Shown one piece after another: positions 19,701 through 26,990 of a stretch of 58,941 bases of DNA. The translations under genes and the position numbers were made by a program. Position 1 is the first letter of the stretch. The number at the start of each line of letters is the position of its first letter. This DNA comes from a virus (lineage: Duplodnaviria; Caudoviricetes): the IMG/VR virus record IMGVR_UViG_3300037565_000164, positions 1 through 58,941 of that record. One strand, given 5' to 3'. The notes under the pieces are model-generated. The model ran no database searches. It was not told where the DNA came from and worked only from the letters and a program-made list of their open reading frames with translations.

Positions 19701-21649
19701 GTCCGCGCCATCCGGTTGAAGGCGGTCCGCTCCCGGCCGTAGTCAAAGAGGCGCGCTGATACCTCATCAGGGAATTTCAGCGTGGTTGGCTCGCCCACCT
19801 CGTTCTGCAAGTCTCGAAGAAGCGGTCGCGTCTCCGGCGACGGCTCTGCGGGTGGCGGCGGCGGATTGTCCGCACGCTCCAGCGCTTCGACCTCGCGGCG
19901 CGACAGGTTGAGCGACGAGACGGCCGAGAGCGGCACCTGCAGCACTTCGCCATTGTCGTCGACAACCAGCGCCTCGCGCGACCCATCCTCATGGGTGATG
20001 TACTGCTCGACAGTGGCGTTGAACGGTTCCAGATCCGGGGCCGCCACCATGACGCGACTACCGGCGTCGGGCAAACCGCCGGCGCCCTGCGGCGTCACGG
20101 TCAGCGGGGCGGTTGTGGCCTGCGGGTCGGGCACCATCGGCGCGCCCTGCTCCGATTGCAACAGCCGCTTGCCCAGCACGCGCTCAGTACCGTCTTCGAG
20201 CACGACGCGCGCCATACCCGGATCGATGCCGCGCTGGTCCGGTGCCATCGTGACGAGCTGGCCATGCGCGGCGCCCGCCCCCATGCCCGGCAATGCCGGA
20301 TCGTTGACGATGTACCGCGCCCCCGCGCTCGGGTCGGTCGGCGCATTGGCGAGGCCGGTTTCGACGGCGCGCGACAAAGGGCCCTTGGGTGTGGGTTGCG
20401 GCGCCGGCATATCGGGCGTCGCCGGTCCTGTACCAGGAACGGGCGCGCTCATATCGGCGTTCGGCACCGGCATATCGGACGGCGGCGCCATTTCTTCGCG
20501 CTGGGACAAAGCCCCGGCCGCTGCGCCGGGAACGCTGCCGCCCAGCGCCCCCAGCAGGAAGTCGGCAAAGGTGCCGTCGGTCAGCGAGAGGTCCGTTCCG
20601 GCCCCGAGATTGGTGCCCATGGTCGAAGCGGCCGACTCGGCGGCCTCCTGGGCACCCTCTTCCAGACCGGACAGCCCAGCGCGGCCGGCAATGCGGGTGA
20701 CGATGTTGCGTCCGGCCAGCACGGCGGTGGCGGGGTCGATGATCTTGCCGGTGGCGAAACCACCAAGCGCGGAAATCGGGGCCGTCAGGGCAAAGGCGGC
20801 CTGTGCCGCAGCGGCCTTGGTTGCGGCCAGCGCTTCTTCATGGCTGCGCCCGGCGGCGATCTGCTCGCGGTAATAAGCCGATTCGCGCTCCAGCACGCCC
20901 GGCTCGGCCGCCATCTGGTCGATCAGCGCTTCCGCCTGCTGCGCGCCAGCGCCACCACCCTGCAATCCACCCACTACGGCGCCACCCGCTGGGCCCGCAA
21001 TGATCGAGGCGGCAATCACCGGTGTCATCTGGCCGAACACGTCCAGCGCCAGCGCGGCATAACCGACGGCGCTCGGATCTTCGCCCAGCGTCCATGTGCT
21101 GGGGTCCAGCAGGTCACCACCTGGTGTCGAATTGGCAATGGCCTCGCGGGTCGCAAAGCTCATACCCTCCTGGGTCTTTTCACCCAGCGTGTTGATCCAT
21201 TCCGCCGGGGCGCCCAGCGGATTGGCCTGGCCATACTCCGTGCCGAATATCTGGTTGATCAGCGGCGTGGTGGTGGCGTTGGTCAACCCGGTGATGGCAT
21301 TGCCAAGACCACCGACCACGGCGCCACTGCCTTTTGCGAGCGCGCCGCCCATCAGGCGGGCCGTATCTTCCAGCCAACCCGGCTGGCGGGCCTGCCAATC
21401 ACTTTGCCACTGCCCCAGCGCGCTTTCGTCGATCAGCTCATAGCGATCGGGTTCGGCCTCGCTTAGCGTTCCGAACTGCGCCTCCGTCGCCGCATTGGTC
21501 TGCTGGACCCGGGCGATTTCCGCGTTGCGCTGCTCTTCCTCCGGGGAGAGTTGCGGCGCGGCCGGGGCCTCGAACGGGTTCTGGCGATTGCGGTAGAGGC
21601 CGAAGGGGTCCGATGCCTTGAACGAGCCGGACTTCATGACGATGGGCAT
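7706..21649 (-). CDS. Giant DarB-like polyvalent virion protein (pyrophosphatase-like, N6-adenine MTase, SNF2-type helicase and PLxRFG domains)
   Basis: GNYKLGH..SIENPAG..HYGYI..GKDKDHIDVF (about 18530-18935); VLEPSMGIGNF and IGNWPF (about 15300-16310); AHEVGTGKT, DEVH, QRNGRGMRQGN; YFPLARFG (about 9750-9770). Confidence 0.9.
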   Translation of the reverse strand: MPIVMKSGSFKASDPFGLYRNRQNPFEAPAAPQLSPEEEQRNAEIARVQQTNAATEAQFGTLSEAEPDRYELIDESALGQWQSDWQARQPGWLEDTARLMGGALAKGSGAVVGGLGNAITGLTNATTTPLINQIFGTEYGQANPLGAPAEWINTLGEKTQEGMSFATREAIANSTPGGDLLDPSTWTLGEDPSAVGYAALALDVFGQMTPVIAASIIAGPAGGAVVGGLQGGGAGAQQAEALIDQMAAEPGVLERESAYYREQIAAGRSHEEALAATKAAAAQAAFALTAPISALGGFATGKIIDPATAVLAGRNIVTRIAGRAGLSGLEEGAQEAAESAASTMGTNLGAGTDLSLTDGTFADFLLGALGGSVPGAAAGALSQREEMAPPSDMPVPNADMSAPVPGTGPATPDMPAPQPTPKGPLSRAVETGLANAPTDPSAGARYIVNDPALPGMGAGAAHGQLVTMAPDQRGIDPGMARVVLEDGTERVLGKRLLQSEQGAPMVPDPQATTAPLTVTPQGAGGLPDAGSRVMVAAPDLEPFNATVEQYITHEDGSREALVVDDNGEVLQVPLSAVSSLNLSRREVEALERADNPPPPPAEPSPETRPLLRDLQNEVGEPTTLKFPDEVSARLFDYGRERTAFNRMARTMGESALDIQATTFKPDVAKALAAELGISPEGLAEVADDYRYRVERAARKGTAEAVSKMHAVNPEVLARWRTTETAASETEAETLAPDGDADAAWWDGLQPGARKALLAAAKVKRSEKSTWDKFSKQIKAKLAPLRAEMEGLDKARARSQALDSGLPDPEPDDSQADYTRWREGQESQLSALENGTDPLTADDEANIRRIASNLASETNFPDEADFVADRAVERARANRAALDDAADEAATSPANDRPEPSEAQKEAGNYKLGHHRIGGLDLSIENPAGSERKGQDKTGKPWSVTMKSHYGYIRGTVGKDKDHIDVFVKPGTEALDDTAMVTVVNQVNEAGQFDEHKVMLGFKSQSEAEAAYMENYTKGWKGLGSVGIATLGSFKSWLKDGDTTKPFSPNTVAPEASSEKTRRELTGTDQAAKPFAREELYRDVANMLRRNRALDPISALVAVDAKGSEILDAFDKHVGQHMAGSGGDRTSFQARGRKLEVLMPSADGKEPVRKTFQGGDLVTLLRNAVEAVHTAKAPEAGAVGSRGQSSTDSSAPDAALWDDPSYDTDREAAKAFKAGDRVEYTNGNFDPPRVFTGRVKKKQFRGFKPMGLLEVEVDGARDGGTHDVTIAASQLRAAPKERTSAPPAKAQEPDEAAVAPAEPEGKPTPDPFAKNKLFTADKVAAAKARLKSKMGQLNSGIDPEVLVDGMTIAGAYIEAGVRDFSDYAAQMTADFGDRIKPYLLSFWEGARNYPGLDTEGMTPTDEATRLHKALVTELPREEAAALGQELAPPKKRAKKTGRAGDRTLIQDFGVDSIDGWSYDGEGQETDFGVKGGVKDNFLRDATAYLNAVAGVLKEQGYAPSDDARGRPSKPVSKSESGPATSGDVSMTVWNPDTGIRIYAHITGSALRGMVPSTQSGVSIMFRVGLDTDRYATRATNQWAPVDLAAADLAALMGRAADRLAARGDKPLSADEKQRVITELKAEIARPALEPVENGNDPGTVQPELESQSGNRVGPDAGGAALRPQPDAARADSERLADRQPSDVEAPAAGGRGRPAGSSGATADVGGAGQSDLFGDAGDGRARAGRAQPSDAGAGERTGGTGTDLVTVKSPESVSPANQGPGNFHIDDPLAIVGGGQVARFEKNKAAIELANTLREEGRQATREEQTILAGYTGWGSFGQDLFQGTWSTPRPKAGWEARDAWLRDNLGQADWEGLQRSITNAHYTDPPTVLAMWDMVERMGFTGGRVLEPSMGIGNFFGMMPRALKDRSTLTGIELDPTTGAMAQLLYPDANISVMGYQDSKTPDNFYDLVIGNWPFEDTVIADRRYNRLSPFLHDYFYLKALDQVRPGGLVMGITSKGTLDKKDSGIRSELAKKAELVAAFRLPSGAFQDYAGTNVVTDIIVLRKRAEALGNSAGTGWIKSVPYMTPQGEEVSVNEYYLANPSHVVGQIEFGSGTTFRRPGLIVTRPDDMMAQMKRITALVPEEAYQADSRAGKQISYITNHTDDREGALVKSDKGLFIVRGEHLAPAADVAKYEVKDAKVTASRVAQLEALIDMRKAYAALIAAERNADDNPEPARKALKAQYDGFVAAHGTLSDSYGLGYLSKIDDPFYPALAALEVRDGKGVRQATILSQSTVRAARKIDKPTVSDAFVLARNSAINPSLEQIAEIAQKPAAEVKAELIEKGAVFELPGGDIVPADIYLSGNVREKMRQALAARDAGDANMQRNIDALAKVMPADVPYYAIEVQMGASWVPTRTYADYVAHMLNGDSAGVQVHYTAGRWRISIDNALKSRPEASAGFGTPVYSFQKLVNAAISNQTVTIRKEDHEGNVFVDEQATSEANEKIANIRSSFGEWLWSDLDRRVALEAEYNEVRNAYASPSFDGSFLSFEGMALSLGKGPFDLREHQANAIWRGLVMRRSLNAHEVGTGKTFTMGGLAVESRRYGIARKPLIFAHNANSASVAAEIQQMYPASKVLYIDNLAPAQIDVKMRQIANDDWDAVVVPHSLISRFALTEETLMALAAEEIAAIEAEAYAAAEDDGAKLTDAMLDDDEQLKKLRSPTAKDLVKMRNRIIETIKKQGQRASKDGAVSFEDLGVDMVLVDEVHEFKKPPFSTRMRIKGLNTQSSDRSIALSFLLRYIRGQQNGGNVHLFTGTPVTNTLTEVFHAMRYIMAEEMGEVGVDQWDGWFGSFAREVQDVELNAAAEYEAVNRLAGFINVPELRRMIGQYMDVVFADDMPEMQPRRTKSGKVLSDASLTEKERAELLNGRTEDAKDRPYKKVIVETADLTPAQQDAFAKIQGYAQRWRKMTGKEKREVMQQGGPESPIVTEGLAAKASFDVRLMDGEALAGQEGRADDEPNSKASRVVRNVLEIYRSHKQATQVIFTNAGISTTGTRSVGEVGAKTQQRFKVFSTVGDIVERLVQDGIPRDQIAVVDGSTSKEKRKEVADAMNRAEIRVVIGSTQSLGVGVNMQRNLRAMHHMDAPWMPGDLEQRNGRGMRQGNQWNTVLEYRYLTDRIDGRRWQVLAIKQRFINAFLKADDTTRVIEGDAASDEESDILTTFAEAAGDPRVLIREKLRKKIDQLNKKRRLHDTGIVDARRSAEKLDKWVEERRADQRRLAPVAEKVAELSKTMTGDGFAMTIEGQRFDKRSDARDALEELIENGKGVGPGMDPRHVGVFGGHPLEVRWARLSDTPRLTLVIDGEAIAGNLGTIASLEARLRNYSAELTDMGPQIADAERSSARLRAQAQEPFHQAKDLDRAENELIALEKDLAENPVPPPAWLRSGAPIDTEVQWNGSNHIVSGHRWNSEGWFVLASGDEGVIEMPYAEVRDAQGMALYEEREFAAPEVVEKAETPEGRKHSVGRSGRQSIEAVRAALRRGGMGNLAEALEAAGRLTIIETSDAGEGVQAWTDPDGSITLVADQIGDDPVAVLLHEAFHSGAHDLLGGKEWGSLMLRLAGLYRQFEQSKGKARDFFDAARARVSQAEAVAGALGEGLRVEEFAAYAIEEQASAPAALSKWVDDLLGAIKAWALRRFGRQLGAVTPAQLKAIAKAALSAAAPDGGPRPAMASRRRSIAARTTAAAAKIDKQSIIDAVAGKLTDLKPAALAAVPLNYFTELKRPGMVAVDQYMKVKRQMDAYRGGKHAEVDAVAQDWRKYARLGLAGADKTGRARAAALADLMHETTLAGIDPSLTDEETSSKPGYDALRARYLALPRSGQELYRKVRNTYRDQADELDMILLDNVRKTQEIAFRRAEDKYRERLDEIARSKMSKLDKSRAEAEAQRTYSQEMGKATYNMKARMTKLRMAFEASKVPAPYFPLARFGQYFVTVRDIEGNVLSFSRRESDTERRKLERDMKGAYPNHQVESGLMADKSSARDMMDPRIVAEIETLLGDASVDPRVMDMIWQRYLETMPDLSARKRFIHRKGVAGFDGDALRTFASNQFHAAHQMARLKYGLELSELTNQAVDQAKKADDPVRGMQLANELKKRHDWVMNPTGSRAVQAVTSSMFVWYLAASPAAALINMAQTPMMAMPILGARLGGLHKAAAAIGRASADVMRGKGSAVNAKLTEDEQWAMTQFYSSGMIDRTQAHDLAGVGEVGVAYSPVRQKVMSVISWAYHNVEVWNREVTALAAYRLAREQGHHQTKAVDIAHELTWMSHFDYSNASRARLMQGDFAKVVLTFQSHQLNMWYRLFRDIHQSFKGETAQARKEARYQLAGVMGMTGLFAGASGFFGYNVLMAILGLAFDDDDDPRGFKDEFEGHIIDLLGKDLGGIVLNGAPGHLTGIDLTTRLGMPDFFVRAPDGGAEGRDWFQELIVGAMGVVPSTMLNVVDGVGLAMSGNVVRGAEMVLPKALKDLMQAYRYASEGVLTRRGDVTLDRSQVNALDVLIEAIGFTPAKVAETYERMGALKDAEQKVLDERRALMNQFALAVALGDPDARRAAIEAIKAWNRKPYARMVPITGDSLTQSLKSRARNAAKRQDGVLIPDPELNHYLRELMPEHLY
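16408..16737 (-). CDS. Putative overprinted 109-aa protein nested in another frame of the giant gene
   Basis: GGAGA RBS before the ATG; helical, protein-like sequence, while the host frame here is a low-complexity linker. Confidence 0.55.
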   Translation of the reverse strand: MTQAPFSQSWKASLETEWAQMQAAPHFVHNQTLHERILNAWRTDSPQMWKRLRQAGAGGLLARVVQQRMWAERDSLISSGMPATDAREQAERNHLMLEPESELAEPVLT

Positions 21650-21737
21650 GCTGACGTGCTTTCCCACTTGAGTGGCAGGACAAGCAGCACGTCATGCGCC
21701 GCGGCAAACTTATACGACGGGTTCCGTCGGCCGACTA
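21650..21737 (-). promoter_or_regulatory. Late leader 2 (giant gene): promoter plus motif (21687-21699)
   Basis: TAGTCG-17-TATAAG; UGACGUGCU pairs perfectly with AGCACGUCA, 2 nt before the AUG. Confidence 0.8.
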
Positions 21738-23027
21738 GGCCGGCGGTGCGGATGTCGAGAGAATGCGCTTGAGCTCGGCGGGCCACATCGCTTCATCGAC
21801 ATTGGTGGCGCGCAGCATGCGGGCGATTTCCTGTGGGTTGCCGCCTTCCACCATCTTCTGCGCCGCCTGGTCGACCAGCTCGGCCGGGGTAGAGACGGCA
21901 GGCAGACCAGGATCTTCAACACCATTGATGACGGCATTGCCACGTCGTGGCTCGGCTTGTGGCACTGCGCCACCGGGCTGGGCGCCGCCCGGCGTGGCTC
22001 GGGGTACGCTGCCCAGTCCCGGCGCGGCTTCCAGCGCCGCCGGATCTGGCATCGGCACGGCCTGCCCGGTACTGTTGTCGACAATGGTGCGCGCCGCCGG
22101 CACGGCTGGCCCGGCATTAGAGCCCTTCTGGAAGGCGATTTCTTCCTCGATCATCTTTTCGCGCTCTTCACGCGGCAGATCATCGAAGTTGACGGACCCG
22201 TCGACCAGCGGATCGACCGCAATTCGCTCGCGCAACGACTTGATGGCATCCTCGCGCGCGCCGGCGTCGTTCTCGGTCTTGTAGTCTTCCTTGCGCTTCC
22301 AGTCGTCGAACTCGTTGTCGCGCTTTGTGCGATCAGCGGCGGCGGCCTGCTGGCTCTCCCATGCTGCCTGAGGGTTGGCGAAGGTGGCAATGACGTTGGG
22401 CACGTCATCGAGCGCCACGTCCTGCACGGTTTCATTGCCGTCATTGTCGCGGATCGTAATGCGGAAACCGATTGTTGCGCCGCTTTCATCAACAATGGGT
22501 TCTTTTTCGTCGATATCGAAATCGCCGGCGATATAGCCGCCGAGCTTACCGGCCGCGATGACATCATCCAGCGCGCCCTCGACGTCGCCCATATTGGCCT
22601 TGAACATGGCGCCGGCGAACAGGCGTCCGCCCTTTTTGGCGTCCTCGCTGTCTGCCCACTCCGAAAGCTTGCGATAGCCCTCGATGTCGCCCTGGCTGAG
22701 CAATTCGTCCTGCATGCGTGGCAGGGCATAGTCCTTCCAGAACTTGTCGAAATCCTCGGGCTTTTGCGCCCCCGTCGCGACTTCGGCCTCAAAGGCGGTG
22801 CGGGCCTCCGTGTTGATGTCCGAGATGGCGTCGCGGTTCTGGGTCTGTCGCTGCCGTTCGCCCGCTTCATAGGCCTGATCACTCCGCGCCCAGTCGCGCT
22901 GCTCGGCCAAAAACGCGCGATCTTCATCCTGGTGCTTGCGCGCGCGCTCCCGGTCCAGATGCGCCTCGCGCAGCCCATAGCCCTTGATGGCGCCATCGAC
23001 AAACGACCCAATACCCATTCCGACCAT
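21735..23027 (-). CDS. Probable internal virion/ejection protein
   Basis: GIGSFVDGAIKGY N-terminus, charged helical body, lies between the pilot protein and the giant gene. Confidence 0.65.
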   Translation of the reverse strand: MVGMGIGSFVDGAIKGYGLREAHLDRERARKHQDEDRAFLAEQRDWARSDQAYEAGERQRQTQNRDAISDINTEARTAFEAEVATGAQKPEDFDKFWKDYALPRMQDELLSQGDIEGYRKLSEWADSEDAKKGGRLFAGAMFKANMGDVEGALDDVIAAGKLGGYIAGDFDIDEKEPIVDESGATIGFRITIRDNDGNETVQDVALDDVPNVIATFANPQAAWESQQAAAADRTKRDNEFDDWKRKEDYKTENDAGAREDAIKSLRERIAVDPLVDGSVNFDDLPREEREKMIEEEIAFQKGSNAGPAVPAARTIVDNSTGQAVPMPDPAALEAAPGLGSVPRATPGGAQPGGAVPQAEPRRGNAVINGVEDPGLPAVSTPAELVDQAAQKMVEGGNPQEIARMLRATNVDEAMWPAELKRILSTSAPPA

Positions 23028-23042
23028 GGCCGTGCTCCTGTG

Positions 23043-24476
23043 CTAGGCGGCTGCGAAGCCGAGCCCGATCGGGGCTTCGGCACGACGAGGCGGCTTTCCA
23101 GCCGGACGCGACGCGGGAGGAGGTGGCGTGCGCCCGGCTGGAGCCCGGCGGCGGCCCGAAGCCCCCAAACCCACCGCCGATTCGATACTGTCGACTTTGA
23201 CCGCCAAGTCCTTGACGGCCTTCATGGTGAGGCCGATGGCGTCGCCGACCGGGATCGTCTTGCCATCCCCCTGCCCCGTCTCGGCCTGGAAGTCCTCGGC
23301 ATAGGTGCCAATGTGCTCGGCCGCGCCGTCGTCGCCATAGCCTTCCTTGTAGCGCCAGCTTTCGACGGGCAGTTCCTTGACCGCCTCAAGGGCTTCGCCC
23401 TCTGGGATTTCGGCCTTGTCTTCCTTGACCTCTTCACTGCTGAGCAGCAGACCGGCGCCGGTGCCCAGCGCCCCCATGAAGCCATTGAGATTGGCGTCAC
23501 TGCGGTTCTGGGCGTCGGCGTAGATCCCGTACTGGCTGTTGAACAGATTGTTGAGCGTGTTGGCGCCGCTGGCATTGCCCGATGTCGCCCCGGCAAAGCC
23601 TTGCCCAACAATACCGGTCGAACCGAGAAAGGCGTTGTTGGCGTTGAGCGCACCGGTCAGCCCCGTCCCCAGCGCGGCGGCCTCGCCGCCGGCGGCGGCC
23701 CCCATATTGGAGATAGCATTATTGCCCGCGCCAATGGCCATGCCGGCACCGGCATTGGACGCATTGAGCGCCGAGTTCTGGGTATTGGTGGCGCCTGCAG
23801 CCGTGTTGAGGGCCTGGGCGGACACACCCCGCCCTAGATTGGCAATATCGGCCTTGAGCGACAGCCCCTTGTCACGCACAGCGGTTCGGGCCGCATTGGC
23901 GGCGCCAGCAGTGGCCAGGCTCTCGCCCAAGTCACCGGCGCGACTGATCCCGCCCCAGCGCCCGGAATTGGGGTTGATACCCAGGCTCGCGGCTTCACGC
24001 TGCGCGGCAGATCGAGACGCGGCGCCCGCGGTGCGCACGTCGGCCATGGCGGCCGCTGCGGCCTCGGCCTGCCGTTCGGGCGAGCCATACGTGCTGGCCT
24101 CTTCGATGAACTGATCTTCGACTGGGCGATAGACGCTTTCATAGCGCTCTCGATCGGCACGCGCGATGCCGTCCTGCCAGTCGGCGGAATCGAGCTGCTT
24201 TTGTGCCACCTGTCGGCCCAGACCAAGCTGCTCCTCGGCGATCGCCAGAGATTTGTCTGTCTGGGCACGGGTATAGGCGCTGTTGTCCTCGGCCAGCTTG
24301 AGGGTTTTTTCGGCGACCGACTTCGTCAGCGCGTCGATTTCCGCTTGCCGATCCTTGGAGATGGCAAACTGATCCTTGGAAAACTGCAGCCATTCCTCGC
24401 CCAGCGCGATCTGGCGGTTGGCTGCATCACCGATGGCGGAACTGGGAGTTGGCGCGGCGCCGGGGCCTTTGGACAT
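23043..24476 (-). CDS. DNA-injection/pilot-like protein with a C-terminal peptidase S74-like (intramolecular chaperone) domain
   Basis: MSKG..AP start, Ala/Gly/Asn-rich body, SSEEVKED..LPVESWRYK..HIGTYAEDF. Confidence 0.7.
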   Translation of the reverse strand: MSKGPGAAPTPSSAIGDAANRQIALGEEWLQFSKDQFAISKDRQAEIDALTKSVAEKTLKLAEDNSAYTRAQTDKSLAIAEEQLGLGRQVAQKQLDSADWQDGIARADRERYESVYRPVEDQFIEEASTYGSPERQAEAAAAAMADVRTAGAASRSAAQREAASLGINPNSGRWGGISRAGDLGESLATAGAANAARTAVRDKGLSLKADIANLGRGVSAQALNTAAGATNTQNSALNASNAGAGMAIGAGNNAISNMGAAAGGEAAALGTGLTGALNANNAFLGSTGIVGQGFAGATSGNASGANTLNNLFNSQYGIYADAQNRSDANLNGFMGALGTGAGLLLSSEEVKEDKAEIPEGEALEAVKELPVESWRYKEGYGDDGAAEHIGTYAEDFQAETGQGDGKTIPVGDAIGLTMKAVKDLAVKVDSIESAVGLGASGRRRAPAGRTPPPPASRPAGKPPRRAEAPIGLGFAAA

Positions 24477-24554
24477 GGAGCTCTCCAGAAGTGAGAGCCG
24501 CACGTCATGCGCAGCTAGTCGAAACCTTATACAGCGAGCAGGCGGTCTTGGCGA
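24477..24554 (-). promoter_or_regulatory. Late leader 3 (ejection genes): promoter plus motif (24500-24512)
   Basis: TCGCCA-17-TATAAG; GACGUG pairs with CAUGUC and GCUCUC pairs with GAGAGC. Confidence 0.8.
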
Positions 24555-24988
24555 GGCATTGGCACAATGCTCCGTGGCAGCCAGCGACATTCCCGCCGCA
24601 ACAGCCCGAAGAGCAGAAGATCCACGCCGTTTGCAGCGCCGTCACGCTTGCAGCCCTCCTGGGTGAGCCCAAGATGCCGCGCGAAGCGCAGGGAGCGGGC
24701 ATTGTCTTCGGCAATCCAGCAGGTAATGCGCCGCAGGTCACAGGTGATGAAGGGGAATGCACTGACATGGCGCATATAGGTGCGCGACAGCCAGGCGCGG
24801 CCGGTGTCTGCTGCCACGGCCATCTCGCAATCGCCTTCGCCGAAGGTGTGGTACACCGTGACGGCGAGCAGTTGCGCGCCCTTGGCCCAGCCTATGGCAC
24901 GGGCGTCAGACCTGAAGCGAATGCCCAGCCGCGCCGCAGCCCATGTGATCATGGCGTCCGGATCGTCATAGACCACGGCGCAGGTCAC
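24527..24988 (-). CDS. GNAT-family acetyltransferase-like protein
   Basis: RRITCWIAEDNARSLRFARHLGLTQEG motif; usual podovirus tail-module position. Confidence 0.8.
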   Translation of the reverse strand: MTCAVVYDDPDAMITWAAARLGIRFRSDARAIGWAKGAQLLAVTVYHTFGEGDCEMAVAADTGRAWLSRTYMRHVSAFPFITCDLRRITCWIAEDNARSLRFARHLGLTQEGCKRDGAANGVDLLLFGLLRRECRWLPRSIVPMPRQDRLLAV

Positions 24989-25236
24989 AGCACCCTCGCC
25001 CGCAATAGGTCGGCGATCGCCGTCAGCCGCGCGTGCATGCGCTGCATATCCACCACCAGCGCGTCATATTCGGCCTGCGTGGGCGTCGACCCGGCCGCCT
25101 TGGTGGCCTGTAGCGGCGCCAGCTCGAGCAGAGGCGCGATGTCCTCTATACGCACCGCAGCCTGACGGCGGGCCCGTGGCCGGTCCCCTGCCAACACCTC
25201 AAGGCTTTCCCGTTCTCTGGCACCAAAATCAAGCAT
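24985..25236 (-). CDS. Small virion-associated hypothetical protein
   Basis: ESLEVLAGDR..AAVR..PTQAEYDAL; coupled overlaps. Confidence 0.65.
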   Translation of the reverse strand: MLDFGARERESLEVLAGDRPRARRQAAVRIEDIAPLLELAPLQATKAAGSTPTQAEYDALVVDMQRMHARLTAIADLLRARVL

Positions 25237-26984
25237 CAGCCGACAACCCCCTTGAGCTCGTCCATGGTTTCGGCCATGACGATATTGGTGACGCGCAGCG
25301 ACGACGAGACGTCGACCTCCCACGTTTCAGCGGTGAACCCGCCGGGCAGGCGCAGCGCCTCATTGGGCTGCCCGACAGCGGCGATCCGCACGCCATTGGC
25401 GATCACGCCGACTTCAACCGTGCCGCCCATGCCAGGCGGGGTGACGAGATTGGTGCCGCCGAAGGTCAAGGTGCCTATTGGTGCGTCGCCCAGCGCTCCC
25501 AACACCCCCCCAGCCGCAATCAGTGCCGCATTGGTGGCCTCGATGTCTTCGATCTGTGCGGCCAGGTTCGCAAGCTCTTCCGGCGTAAGCGTGATATCGG
25601 CGTCGATGCGGATGGCCCCGAAATTGGTGGGGGCACCAAACCAGAATTGCTTCGAGCGCCAGTAGAGCGTGTCGCGGACGCCCTCGGGGGCGTCGAAGCG
25701 ATAGATGGCGCTGCTGCCAACGGGCACATAATAGAGCGCGGACTCGGGCACATCGTAATAGGCGGCCTGTGCCGTCTGGCGCGCCCGGCCCAGAAACTCG
25801 TTCTGCCCTACATTGACGAAAATAGCGCCCTCGAGATCTGCGCCGTCGACATCAACCGTGTCGTAGAACGCAACATAGCGGCCGCCATACTGGGCGCCGA
25901 CCATCGTGGTCGGCGACAGCACTTCCCATTCATAGCGCCCGAACAGGGTGGCAGAAATAACTTGCACCGACCCAGTTCCATCGATCGCCACCAGCGCATC
26001 ATTGGATGGATAGCAGATTGCATAGCCCAAATCCGCAACGGCCCGTTTGTTGATGCAGGGCCGGTTCTGCTCGATCTTGTCCATCCGCATGGCGGAGGGA
26101 TTGGTGCCCACCACCAGGTACGGATTGGCCGTGGTCAGCACCACCAGCGCCGGGCCAACGGCACCCAGCGCCACGATGGGAAAGTCGGTGGTCAGCACAT
26201 ACTTCTCCGGCCAAGCATGGGGACGCCATGGCTCACAGAAATAGAGATCCTTGCCGGAAAATCCCGCCATCATGCCATTGGGCATGGCGACCAGCCCGGT
26301 CAGCCCGTCGGGTGGCGGGTTCCAGTCGGCCGATGGCAGGGGTTCCTGGAACCCGTCCACGGCGACGTCGTCGGTGAAATCGCCCGTTGCGGCGGCCCGC
26401 TCGGCAATCAGGTAGAAATAGGTGCCGGACTGGCCGGTTTGCGAACGATAAATCCGCTGCTTGGTGATGTTGCGGCCCGACGGGGTAGCGCCGAATCCTG
26501 ACAATGTGACGGTATGCCCGTTCTGCCAGTCGATGGGGGCGCTTGCCGGCGATGGTTCCGATTCCTCGCCGAAGTCGGTTACCCAGGTATAGACGTAGAG
26601 CCGTGTGATGACGTCGCCGGTGCCGGAACTGCCCAGCGTGGCGGTGAGCGCGCCGGACGGCCCGTCCAGCGCCAGATCATATTCCGTGCCGCCAGCAAGC
26701 ATCTTGGGCACGCCGTCGCCTGTGAAGTAGAGCCTATCGCTTGCCACCGGGCCCGGCGCCGCATCGACGTCGGTTGTCCAGCTCAGCCAGTCTTCGCCAT
26801 GCCGATAGATGGTGACGCGGTCGGCATCGGAAAGTGTCTCGACCAGCAGCGCCTTCCGTTGCGGACTGAGTGCGCCGTCTTCCAACCGTGCATTAAAGGC
26901 CGCCTGTGCGCCGCTGGCGGGCAGCAGGCGGGGAATGATCTTGGGCTGCTCACCGAGAAACCCGGTCAGTCGGATGGCGGCCAT
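25236..26984 (-). CDS. Tail tube/nozzle (stabilisation) protein
   Basis: 582 aa, beta-rich; YVYTWVTDFGEES, CEPWRPHAWP; tail-module position. Confidence 0.7.
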   Translation of the reverse strand: MAAIRLTGFLGEQPKIIPRLLPASGAQAAFNARLEDGALSPQRKALLVETLSDADRVTIYRHGEDWLSWTTDVDAAPGPVASDRLYFTGDGVPKMLAGGTEYDLALDGPSGALTATLGSSGTGDVITRLYVYTWVTDFGEESEPSPASAPIDWQNGHTVTLSGFGATPSGRNITKQRIYRSQTGQSGTYFYLIAERAAATGDFTDDVAVDGFQEPLPSADWNPPPDGLTGLVAMPNGMMAGFSGKDLYFCEPWRPHAWPEKYVLTTDFPIVALGAVGPALVVLTTANPYLVVGTNPSAMRMDKIEQNRPCINKRAVADLGYAICYPSNDALVAIDGTGSVQVISATLFGRYEWEVLSPTTMVGAQYGGRYVAFYDTVDVDGADLEGAIFVNVGQNEFLGRARQTAQAAYYDVPESALYYVPVGSSAIYRFDAPEGVRDTLYWRSKQFWFGAPTNFGAIRIDADITLTPEELANLAAQIEDIEATNAALIAAGGVLGALGDAPIGTLTFGGTNLVTPPGMGGTVEVGVIANGVRIAAVGQPNEALRLPGGFTAETWEVDVSSSLRVTNIVMAETMDELKGVVG

Positions 26985-26990
26985 GATGCC

